Origin: a virus
DNA length: 64,000 bases
Virus record (IMG/VR): IMGVR_UViG_3300017829_000024
Location: 1,157 to 65,156 of that record
Direction: 5' to 3' (one strand)
Of this stretch, positions 7,712 to 16,800 are shown piece after piece (within the stretch, counting starts at the first letter, position 1; every line of letters starts with the position of its first letter). The notes beneath the pieces were generated by a model. The model did not search any database. It saw only the letters and a program-made list of their open reading frames with translations, and was not told the origin of the DNA. Made by a program: the position numbers and the translations under genes.

Positions 7712-8188
7712 ATGCCGTACGTCGTTCGCCGACCCGAGGGCCTACCGCCCGGACCTGTTGTCTATGTGCCCAACGTGGGAGACAACCGCCTCGATCTTGA
7801 GGACCCGTTTCGTTGCGAGATCCATCCCATCTCATATGAAGAGATCGGCGGCTTGGTGGCGATGACACCGCCCGACCTGAGTGACGATGCCGTCCTTGAG
7901 GTCGACGGAAAAAAGCAGCTCAGCGAACAGGGTCAGGTGGCCACAGGAAATCACCTTTTTGAGCTCCATATCCTGAAGTCTGTCAAAGCTGTTTGGTCTG
8001 GTTCGTTCGAAGAAGCCAAGACCGGCACGATGCTTTCACCTACGGATGGAGAGTCATTGCTTCATGCGCTCAAGCGGACATTTCCTCGTGAGGCCATGGA
8101 TGTGATGACTGATCTTGGGCGCGCCTGCACGAACATGCACCATCTTCAGCAGGGGGATTACGATTTTTTAAAATCGTCTCAGCCATAG
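7712..8188 (+). CDS. Tail assembly chaperone (gpG-like)
   Basis: Upstream of tape measure; ends just after slippery heptamer. Confidence 0.7.
   Translation: MPYVVRRPEGLPPGPVVYVPNVGDNRLDLEDPFRCEIHPISYEEIGGLVAMTPPDLSDDAVLEVDGKKQLSEQGQVATGNHLFELHILKSVKAVWSGSFEEAKTGTMLSPTDGESLLHALKRTFPREAMDVMTDLGRACTNMHHLQQGDYDFLKSSQP
8164..8170 (+). other. -1 programmed ribosomal frameshift site T TTT TTA
   Basis: X XXY YYZ heptamer in correct phase; -1 frame is stop-free to 8589. Confidence 0.85.
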
Positions 8189-8589
8189 CGTTCGACGTAT
8201 GGCCTGAGGCACGAAGATGGAGCTGCACCAAGTGTCGAACATCGGACATCGAGGAAGTGAACGTCAGGGGCGACGCCTGGCGCGCGAAGCGTGGATGCGA
8301 CAAGCCCGCCGATACTCCGTGCCACATATTACCCGATGGGACAAAAATCTTCCGCTGTCCGAACACTATCCACTCATCGTATTGGCAAGCTTTGATCGCT
8401 TGGCAGGACTACAAAGCATTGACCTTGAGGCCTTTCGGCGTCTCCGATATCAACAAGGCTCCAAACTGGATCGTCCAGTGCTTCCGGACCTTCGAATTGC
8501 ATCGAGCCGAGGCGAAGATGTTTCACATGCAAAAGATGGAACAGGACATGAAGACAAAGTCCCGTAAGGCACAGGCAGGCCGGCGATGA
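8167..8589 (+). CDS. Frameshifted extension of tail chaperone (gpGT-like)
   Basis: -1 frame reads KIVSAIAFDVWPEARRWSCTKC... and joins ORF 8257-8589; overlaps tape-measure start (ATGA). Confidence 0.75.
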   Translation, partial: FKIVSAIAFDVWPEARRWSCTKCRTSDIEEVNVRGDAWRAKRGCDKPADTPCHILPDGTKIFRCPNTIHSSYWQALIAWQDYKALTLRPFGVSDINKAPNWIVQCFRTFELHRAEAKMFHMQKMEQDMKTKSRKAQAGRR

Positions 8590-10520
8590 CAGCAGGAACC
8601 GAAACGATTGGCCTCGATATCGAGTCAAAGGACCGAGGCGCACAGGACAATCTTCAGCGCACCCGACAAGGTGTGCGCGATCTAGGGCGCGCCGTCGACA
8701 AGGCCAAACAGAGCACAACAGATTTCGCGAAGAGCTCGGCCGGGCTTTTGGATGTCATCACGAACACGAAGCGCGTTTTCTCTGGCAATCTTGAGAGTGT
8801 TGCCGGTTTGGCAAGAGGCTTTGGTGCGCTTAGCACATCAGCAGGCGCAGCGGGCGTTGCGGTGGGCGCTGTGGGCGCAGCCGCGGCAGCGGGCGCCGTC
8901 ATCATTGGCGGACTGGCCGTCGCCACAGCAGCCTCTGGGGTCGCCCTTTTTCAGTTTGCTAACAAGTCAAAGCGCCGCGTTCGAGAGCTCGACGACTCTT
9001 TTAAGAGCATGAACGAGGCCATAAACAGGCTTCGGTTTTCCATTCTCCGAGACCTCGCGCCCACCCTGATTCGACTTGCCGATATCGTGACAGAGGTGAC
9101 CAAAGAGTTCACAAAATGGTTTGATTCGTTGGAGTTCCCTCCAGACTTCGTTAACACATTAATCAATCTATTTTCAGAAATCGTGCCTTTGGGCATCAGA
9201 GTGATTGGTGATCTGACCGCCCAGTTCATCGGCTTCTTCAGCCCACTGATCAACATTGCCGCCGGCATATCTGTAGCGGCGGGAGGCCTGGCCGGACTGT
9301 TTGAGCTCGCGGGAAGCGAGGGCGCAAAGAACTTGCGCAAGCTTTTCGTTGACATCGGGATGGGCCTATCAAGCATCGCGACCAACTCGAACCAGGTTCG
9401 TGAGGCAGCCAACAATGCGGCCGGCGCCATTGAGCGCGCCATTCAAAAGGCGCGCGAGTTCAACATGACGTCACCGGAGAACCTGGGCATAGTCCCCGCC
9501 GGTCTTGGTCCGGTGCGCGATCTCGATCCGCAGCGGCTTGCGCACGAACGAGCTGTTGCGGAAGCAAGGATTGAAAAAGAGAAGCAAGAGGCGCTTGAAA
9601 AACTCAGAAAAGAAGCCGCCAAGAAGGCCGCGGAGCTCGTTAAAAACAACCTACAGACCATTGAAGACATCAGAACGGGTGAGATCGCCAAAGCCAAAGA
9701 AAGATTTGAGGCTTTACAGGAGATATCGGAACAAGCCGCCCAGGCCCGTGCTGATCTAGAAGAGATGAGGGTCGAAAAGCTAGAGGAGCTGGTCGATCGT
9801 GTTGTTAAAGCCAGATTCGGCGCTACGATGATGATACTCAACAATGAGCTTGAGGCCATTGAAAAGCTCGACAAGGAATATGATCGCCAACAAAAAGAAT
9901 CTGAGCGCCGCGCCAAAGAAATGGCAGAGCAACATGCTGCGGCATTCTTGCAGATTGCGGAGGCGGGAGGACGAGCATTCGCAGCGCTGATCAAGGGCGG
10001 AGACTCTGCACAGGATGGCGTAAAGGCCTTTGTGAACGCCGTGATTGGCGCAATGCGTCAAGCGATCTCGGCCTATGCTGCAGCCGCGGCGGCCGGCGCA
10101 GCCGTCTCGCAATCACCGATCCCGATCGCTGGCCCTGTGTTGGCTGCAGCGGCGGCTACGGCGATGCTGGGGCTTGTTCAGGGTCTTCTGTCCGAGTTTC
10201 ACGAGGGTGGGATCGTGGGCCCGGGCGGCCGACGCATTCCGCTTCCGGCTTCGGCGCGGGCGTCAGGTCTTGCGCCCGACGAGGCGATCGCGCGCGTTCA
10301 GACGGGCGAGGTCATCCTTCCTCGCGGCGCCATGGCGGACATGGCCGGCGGTGGATCGCTCAATGTGAACCTCACGGCTTCGGTTTTGACCTCGGCCGAT
10401 GTGAGCCGCGGTCAGTTCGAGCGCATCATGGAAGGCGATTGGATCCCCGGCATTCGACGTGCAGTTCGACGCGGGTTCGAGCTTCAGAATCCGCGTGAGA
10501 TCGGAAGACATAGACGATGA
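8586..10520 (+). CDS. Tail tape measure protein
   Basis: Ala/Gly-rich helical, coiled-coil segment, C-terminal FHEGGIVG...EAIARVQTGEVILP motif. Confidence 0.85.
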   Translation: MTAGTETIGLDIESKDRGAQDNLQRTRQGVRDLGRAVDKAKQSTTDFAKSSAGLLDVITNTKRVFSGNLESVAGLARGFGALSTSAGAAGVAVGAVGAAAAAGAVIIGGLAVATAASGVALFQFANKSKRRVRELDDSFKSMNEAINRLRFSILRDLAPTLIRLADIVTEVTKEFTKWFDSLEFPPDFVNTLINLFSEIVPLGIRVIGDLTAQFIGFFSPLINIAAGISVAAGGLAGLFELAGSEGAKNLRKLFVDIGMGLSSIATNSNQVREAANNAAGAIERAIQKAREFNMTSPENLGIVPAGLGPVRDLDPQRLAHERAVAEARIEKEKQEALEKLRKEAAKKAAELVKNNLQTIEDIRTGEIAKAKERFEALQEISEQAAQARADLEEMRVEKLEELVDRVVKARFGATMMILNNELEAIEKLDKEYDRQQKESERRAKEMAEQHAAAFLQIAEAGGRAFAALIKGGDSAQDGVKAFVNAVIGAMRQAISAYAAAAAAGAAVSQSPIPIAGPVLAAAAATAMLGLVQGLLSEFHEGGIVGPGGRRIPLPASARASGLAPDEAIARVQTGEVILPRGAMADMAGGGSLNVNLTASVLTSADVSRGQFERIMEGDWIPGIRRAVRRGFELQNPREIGRHRR

Positions 10521-11233
10521 TAGAGGCAGAGTACCGATACTGTGGTTCTTGTGGGGCGAAAGAAGGAGAGGATGACGGCTCCGGAAAGCCCATACAGCTT
10601 GTATGGGTAGACAACTCGAAGATTTACAATGGATGCGAAAAGGTTCTCGGGCCAATCGGAAGACTATGCCCATCGTGCACGGGAGAGATGTTTGGCAAAC
10701 GAAGTCGCGACGCCACACTTGACGATTGGACCGTGAAAAATGCATCGAACATCTTCTTTGATGATGCCGACGTAATGTATCAGGTCGAGTCTGCGCTCTC
10801 ATCATGCGGCATTCCGTTTTGGTCGGTTCGTTATGGGGCAATTCTTTTGCGTCAGTATGGCAGTGTTGCCTGCCACTCAGTCAAGTTCTGGTTGCGAGGC
10901 GTGACAAAGGCTGTTCGATTCAGCATCAACGAGGACTCGCCGTGGCTAAATGGCGACCAGTTCGGTGATGGAAGGCCGTTAATCCATATGGCCGATGGCC
11001 CCAAAATGGATCTTACTGTGCTTCTGTCCGAGGTTCATGACTGGGTCTACGAATTCGCGCACATGGTACGAGAGGGCAAAGACCGCTTTGAGCCCCCTAC
11101 TTCAATCGCCGAACAATACAAAGAGAACTGGGAGAACATCTGGAAAAAAGAAGGCAGTGTCTACGTTTGGACCGAGGCGGGGAGAGTCCAGGGCGACCGG
11201 CTCGAGAGCACGCATTACGGTGCATCCACATGA
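10517..11233 (+). CDS. Hypothetical protein with split Zn ribbon
   Basis: CGSC...CPSC; ATGA overlaps at both ends. Confidence 0.65.
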   Translation: MIEAEYRYCGSCGAKEGEDDGSGKPIQLVWVDNSKIYNGCEKVLGPIGRLCPSCTGEMFGKRSRDATLDDWTVKNASNIFFDDADVMYQVESALSSCGIPFWSVRYGAILLRQYGSVACHSVKFWLRGVTKAVRFSINEDSPWLNGDQFGDGRPLIHMADGPKMDLTVLLSEVHDWVYEFAHMVREGKDRFEPPTSIAEQYKENWENIWKKEGSVYVWTEAGRVQGDRLESTHYGAST

Positions 11234-11514
11234 GGCTGATGGCCGCATGGTTAATGCTTTGCGTGAGCTGCGCTACGGCGCCGCTTCCTTTGCCTGAGGA
11301 GTGCGCGGATCCGCCCACGCTTGAGACCCAGGCCCTGTGCATCGACGTCAAGCGCAACCGGCAGATCGACATGATGATCGAAAACCAACGAAGGTTTATC
11401 AATGCGTTGGGCGGTGTAGCGCTCTTCACGGGTCTGACAGTCGTGTTTTTGGGCGTCATCATTGCGCAGGCGAACACCATCCAAGACGAGCTCGAGGGAG
11501 ACCTGCTCCAATGA
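11230..11514 (+). CDS. Small membrane lipoprotein
   Basis: Signal/lipobox-like LCVSC and a C-terminal TM helix. Confidence 0.55.
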   Translation: MRLMAAWLMLCVSCATAPLPLPEECADPPTLETQALCIDVKRNRQIDMMIENQRRFINALGGVALFTGLTVVFLGVIIAQANTIQDELEGDLLQ

Positions 11515-11648
11515 AGCCCCAGGGTCGCCGCCGCCCACGTCGACACGGCATGCGCTATACGCACTGCCCATGCTGCAGGGACGCCCCCCCCAACCCGTGG
11601 GCGCGAAAAGCGCCGCGTTAAAAAGGAGATCGAAATCGAATGGAAGCA

Positions 11649-11846
11649 ATGGACAAGTTTCAAATCCTGAAACACTTCAAATACGATCATTTGCCGGCCT
11701 ACCTTCAGGAGGTGTCCAAGCCGTTTTGCGAGCTGGCGCATGCGCTTGCGGCTCGCGATGACGTTCATGATCGCGCAGAGCAGGCGACAGCGCTTCGAAA
11801 GCTTTTGGAGGCCAAAGACGCTGCTGTTCGGTGCGTCATCCAGTAA
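11649..11846 (+). CDS. Small conserved phage helical-hairpin protein
   Basis: F.YDHLP..LQ.VSKPF....ALRKLLEAKDAAVR, recognised as a widespread phage family. Confidence 0.7.
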   Translation: MDKFQILKHFKYDHLPAYLQEVSKPFCELAHALAARDDVHDRAEQATALRKLLEAKDAAVRCVIQ

Positions 11847-11847
11847 G

Positions 11848-12759
11848 ATGGCGACCGCGGTTCCCATACCCGCCAACGAGCTTGCCGCATGGAATGCCGG
11901 CGGTGCTGCGTTTATTGGTCGGAACCTTCTCCAGGAGGGTGCCGCCGGCCAACCGCAACCAAGCGTCACGCCCTCGGTGAACTATCCTGCCGCGAATCTG
12001 ATCGACTATTCGTTTGCGCACTGGACGACCGACGATGACGACGCGCACGTGGGCAGCGTTTCCGGCACCATCAACCCGCCGGCCGCGGTCGACACGGTGA
12101 TCGCGTACGTCTATCCCCAGGTGGCCGGCGGGACCGCGAGTCTTTCTCTGGACGGCGTTCAACTGGGACAGATTACGGGCATTGACCGGCCCCGGCGGCT
12201 CATCTGGTCCACCCCCGGAATGCGCTACGAAGACACTTCGACCGTAACGCTTACGCTCGGCGGGCTCATGTGGCCGGCAGAGCTGTGGGCGGGAAGGCGC
12301 CTGCAGCTCTCGCAACCTTTTCAGCCCGGATGGGACGATCGGCCGCTCATGGGTGAATCGGAAGACTTTGTAAGCCCCGGTCGATCCCGGTCTCAAGTGA
12401 TCTATTCGTGGGGCTTTCAAGATCACATTGGAAGTTTTCAGTTCTGCGGACAAGATCAGTTTGGGCTGAATGACCTTCAGACGCTTCGCACGCTTCAAGA
12501 AGAGAGCATGGGCGGAGCGCGCCCAGTGCTAATGCGTCCATTCGCCGGTGACGTATGGCTTCTTGGGCGGCTCGGTGGAATCGATCGGCTCGCATTGACC
12601 GGTTGGATCATGAGGCAGTGGTCGATGGAGTTCATGGAGGATGCCCCGCCGGCCTTTCAGGAGCGTGACGGCCAAGGCAACCCGGTCAATTTGCCGCAGC
12701 TCCCGCCGAATTTTGGGGATAGCGGATTCCGTCCATTCAATCCGGGCTTTCTCCCTTAA
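11848..12759 (+). CDS. Minor tail protein, paralog A
   Basis: Follows tape measure; clear homology to 12770-13651. Confidence 0.65.
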   Translation: MATAVPIPANELAAWNAGGAAFIGRNLLQEGAAGQPQPSVTPSVNYPAANLIDYSFAHWTTDDDDAHVGSVSGTINPPAAVDTVIAYVYPQVAGGTASLSLDGVQLGQITGIDRPRRLIWSTPGMRYEDTSTVTLTLGGLMWPAELWAGRRLQLSQPFQPGWDDRPLMGESEDFVSPGRSRSQVIYSWGFQDHIGSFQFCGQDQFGLNDLQTLRTLQEESMGGARPVLMRPFAGDVWLLGRLGGIDRLALTGWIMRQWSMEFMEDAPPAFQERDGQGNPVNLPQLPPNFGDSGFRPFNPGFLP

Positions 12760-12769
12760 AGCAAGAACC

Positions 12770-13651
12770 ATGGCAACCGAACTTGCATTTACAGATCTTG
12801 AGCGCCTGGCAGAGGCCGCAGGTGGGGCGCTCTTTTTGGCGGAATCGTTTGCGGACGACTCGGCCTTATCGCCGCCGCACATTTCGGACGTTTCGGGCAC
12901 AAGCGATTGCACGGATCGTCTTTGCCCGGCACCTGCACTTTGGGATCGGAACCTCGGCATTTTCGCCAAGGCTCAAGAGGGGACCGGCGCAAATGCGGTC
13001 TTCTGCCAGCTTTCTGAGCCCAAGACCATCGACACGGTGATGGCGTACGTGGACCCGCATGGCTCATCTACGGTGGTCACCGTTCAGCTTGACGATGTGA
13101 CGATCGGAAGCTTCAGCGTCAACTCGGCCCGCCGGATCGTGGCTATGCCTGCCACACGCTACGAAAACGTATCGCGCGTTGTCGTGTCGTTCGGGGCTGG
13201 TGTCGAAATGTGGTGCTCGGAGCTCATGGCCGGCAGTCGGATTCGGCTCTCTCGGCCGCCCACAGAATGGGACGATCGACCGTATGCCTCGGAGATGCGC
13301 GAGTTCGTTTCGCCCGCGCGCGCGCGACATCAGTACGCGTACGGCTCGGGCTACCAAGACCATGCGGGCATGTTCGTGTTCACCGGAGCGGATCAGTACG
13401 GCCATGACGACCTCGCAGCGCTTCGACGGCTTCAGTGGGAAAGCCGCGGCGGCGTGCGCCCTGTGCTCTTTCGGCCGCCCTATCGACCACCCGGGCCGCC
13501 CGGGCCCTGGCTCATGGGGCGGATTGGCGGCATCCAACAGCTCCCCCTTCAGGGCTTTGTGCGCCGAGAGTTTCGATTCTCGTTTGAGGAGGACACTCCG
13601 CCGGCTTTACGAGAATTCGATGGGGCAACGGGCGCGCCGCTCAACATTTAA
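12770..13651 (+). CDS. Minor tail protein, paralog B
   Basis: Shared motifs DTV.AYV.P, ELxAG.R..LS, WDDRP, FVSP.R.R, YQDH.G/FQDH.G, ESxGG.RPVL.RP. Confidence 0.65.
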   Translation: MATELAFTDLERLAEAAGGALFLAESFADDSALSPPHISDVSGTSDCTDRLCPAPALWDRNLGIFAKAQEGTGANAVFCQLSEPKTIDTVMAYVDPHGSSTVVTVQLDDVTIGSFSVNSARRIVAMPATRYENVSRVVVSFGAGVEMWCSELMAGSRIRLSRPPTEWDDRPYASEMREFVSPARARHQYAYGSGYQDHAGMFVFTGADQYGHDDLAALRRLQWESRGGVRPVLFRPPYRPPGPPGPWLMGRIGGIQQLPLQGFVRREFRFSFEEDTPPALREFDGATGAPLNI

Positions 13652-13652
13652 A

Positions 13653-13687
13653 TGAGCCCGGGGGCCGTAGCACCACCCCCGGGCTCA
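13653..13687. other. Strong GC-rich hairpin between tail genes
   Basis: TGAGCCCGGGGG / CCCCCGGGCTCA 12-bp stem, 11-nt loop, no U-tract. Confidence 0.6.
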
Positions 13688-13801
13688 CCATGAACAGGAA
13701 CACGGATTTCTCAGCGGGCGGGCTGAGTGCGCAGTCCGAGGCCGGGTTGTGGGACCCTTGCCACCCAAGGCAGGCCTCTTCCCGCGCAGGGAGAGCCTAC
13801 C

Positions 13802-16800
13802 ATGCGCGAGCTTGGCGACCGATTGCGAAAACTCCTGGCCCTGCAGGGCGTAACGCCCGTGATGCGGCTCCTGGTGCAGGTGCCGCAGGAGACGGTGCTT
13901 CGTGTGACGGACGTCGCCGCGACGGGCCCAACAGTCTCCATCGTGGATCGGGAGGGGATGATCCAAACAGCGGACGCCGCCGCGGGCGCGTCCGACGTTC
14001 TTGTACGCACGCCGGCCGACCGGGCAAAGGCAATCGCCAAGGCCATCCAGGACGCCGAGGTAGAGGGCCTTTGGGCGAATTCGGATGCGGATCGGTCCGA
14101 CGTGGGCTTTGTCCGCATCGTCGTTGCGCCCGAGCTCAACCAGCTTCCGCAGATCTTGGCGGGCGGGACTGAGGTGGTCGATACGCCCGCGACGCCAGGC
14201 GCGGTCCGCTTCGTCGAGCTCAATTCGAGCGATGTACCGATGAGCGCGATTGGGGGCGCGGTCGGCGAAGTCGATCAGCCTTCTGGCTTTGGGACGATCG
14301 TCGAGGCCGAATCCCTCAAGACCGCGATCGATGTTCGCTCTCGAGAGCCGATCGGCGCCGCATTCCTAATCCGCGTAGCCGGCGGCGAGGGCATCCGGCG
14401 TCTGTTTCTCGTTCACCCGCCGCAATCGCTAAGACTGAACCTCTTTCTTGGCGCATATCACGCGAGAGATGAAGTACGCGTAGCCGCGGCCAACCAGTTC
14501 ATCGGCCCGGCCGTTCCTGAGTTTGAATCGTTTGGTCAATGGTATGTCAGTGAAGAGCCTGTCGGGCATCCAGATGGAACCGTTACGCTGACGATCATTG
14601 ACGAAATATCGCGACTCGCAAACCTCAAGCTTCAGCCTCTTCAGTTTCGATACCTTCACCCGTATCAGGCAATTGAAGAGCATCTCGAAACGATCGGCCT
14701 GCGTTCAGGCGCAGGCTATGCGCCAGGCACATTCAACCCCACCAGAAACCCGACGAAGGGTCATTTCATCGTCGGCAACTACAATCTAGATCAGAACTAC
14801 ATTGTCGAATCACCTCGAGACGCACAAGAGCGATCGATTTCGTTCACAAAGACCCTTCAGGATCTCCTTGTCACCACCGGCGATGCGCTCCGCATTAATG
14901 ACGAGGGCAACCTCGAGCTCATTCTTTATGACCCTACGACGGAGCCGGTACGTCATTTTAGAGCAGGTCCCGATACTGGTTTTGACGCAACCGTGCCAGA
15001 GCTCGTCAGTCCGCACATGTACAACCGGATTGTTTGGGATGTGCCCATCAGCCTGCTTACGCCGGCCAATCGGGACGGTGTCGACCAGAAGTACCCCGAG
15101 CGCATATCTCAGAAGTTCGAAAGCGAAGCCTCTAGAATATGGCTGCGTAAGATTGAAGATCTAAGCATCGAGAATCCCTATATTGGTCGCGCCACGAGCG
15201 GCGGTCGGCCCGTCACAGGCTCAGTGTGGAACACCTTCGTCCCGCTGAACTACGGCCAGGACTCTATGGTCTTTGAGCCCTATACGGACTCGGCAGGTGG
15301 CTTGATTGCGGGATCGGATCGGGTCCGAGTAAAGCATCCTCACGTAAGCAACTGGTGCGGCCTTCGCGTTGTTATGCCAGATTACAATCTGGAAGAGCCT
15401 GCGAACGACGAAAGATACGACCGCTTATACGATCCGGACTTTAAGAACCCGTTTACCGGTTCCTATCCCGCCTTTGAGTACGATGAGCTTGTCTATGAGG
15501 ACGATGTTGCAAACCTAAATCCCGAAGAAGGGCGAATCGCGTTCATCCGATTTGATCCCCCTGGCGGCCGAAAGCGCGTTCTCGATCTCCCTGTGGCAGA
15601 GATGAGCGGCCTGTTTCAGTTTGAAGGCCGAGAGATTATTCCGGACGAACCAGAGTTCTTGCCGGAGGTCATTGCGATCGACGAGTGGATCGTTCTTCTG
15701 GGTGACGAGCCGGGTAATGTCCATCAGATCCGCACGCACGCAAGGGCGGTGCTGCTGAACCGATTCGACGCGTCACTGGCCGAGCGCGAGAACCTGCCCG
15801 AGTTTATTCGGGTCGATCCATACATCCGTGAAGCGGTTCTTGAGGACCTGCAGTTTCATATTGCAGGGGATTTCATGCAGCTCGATCCCGAAGAGTTCCC
15901 TCAATACCGGCGGATCATTTCAACACGCGGCGACGGCCGGGGCATCAACAACACTCTCGTCCCTCACGCTTGGGCGCTTCGTCCGGCCCCCAATCCTCGT
16001 GCGCCCAAAGATGTCGCGACGATGTCGGACATTACGATTGCGACGTATCGATCCGCGGAGCTCCTCAACCGATTCGAATTCGGTGCGCCCGAGATTCGGT
16101 TCGACGTCAGAATCTCAAACCTGGACCTTCAGCTCGCTGATGTCATCACGATTGATGACCCGAGCTATGTGGGCTATCGCCGATCAGGCCTCGACCGGAC
16201 GGTTACGTTTGAAATCACAGGCCTAGAATACCACTGGCTCGCCGATCAGCCGCGCATCACAATCACGGCGGTCCAGCTTGCTGACAACGGCAACACGTCG
16301 CCCTATGCGCTCAAGCCCACCCGGCTTGTGCCTGAGAACATGGTCCCGCGTAATCGCGGCGTTGAATATCTTCGTCGTTCAGAGGACTTCTCTCCGGATG
16401 CCGAGATCGGCTTTTCGGCCAGCACGCTCACCGCGGAATGGAAGCGCACGAACTCCGCACAATCGAGTCTTGAGGCTGAATTCCGGGTAATGAGGTGGCG
16501 GCCCGTCAAGAACTACACGCACGTCCTGGGTCGATTTGTGGCGACCGGAATCGTCTATAACGCGGTCACGCAAAACTATCGAACATTTCGTGTCGAGACC
16601 GACTACACCTTCGATTACCAGGGCGTTCTTTCGCTCCGATCCACCGGTCAAGCATCCAAACTCCGCGAGAGCGGCGCCCTGCCCGAGGACATGGAGATCC
16701 GCCTCGATGCAGTAAACAATGCGCTTGAAGTCTGGGCCATTGGTACGGAGGGCGAGCAAAAGGAAGCCCAGGTCAATGCTGAGCTTCACGCTATCGAACA

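Noticed and set aside
13653-13687. Rho-independent terminator
   Set aside because: Strong stem but no U-tract on either strand; kept only as a hairpin
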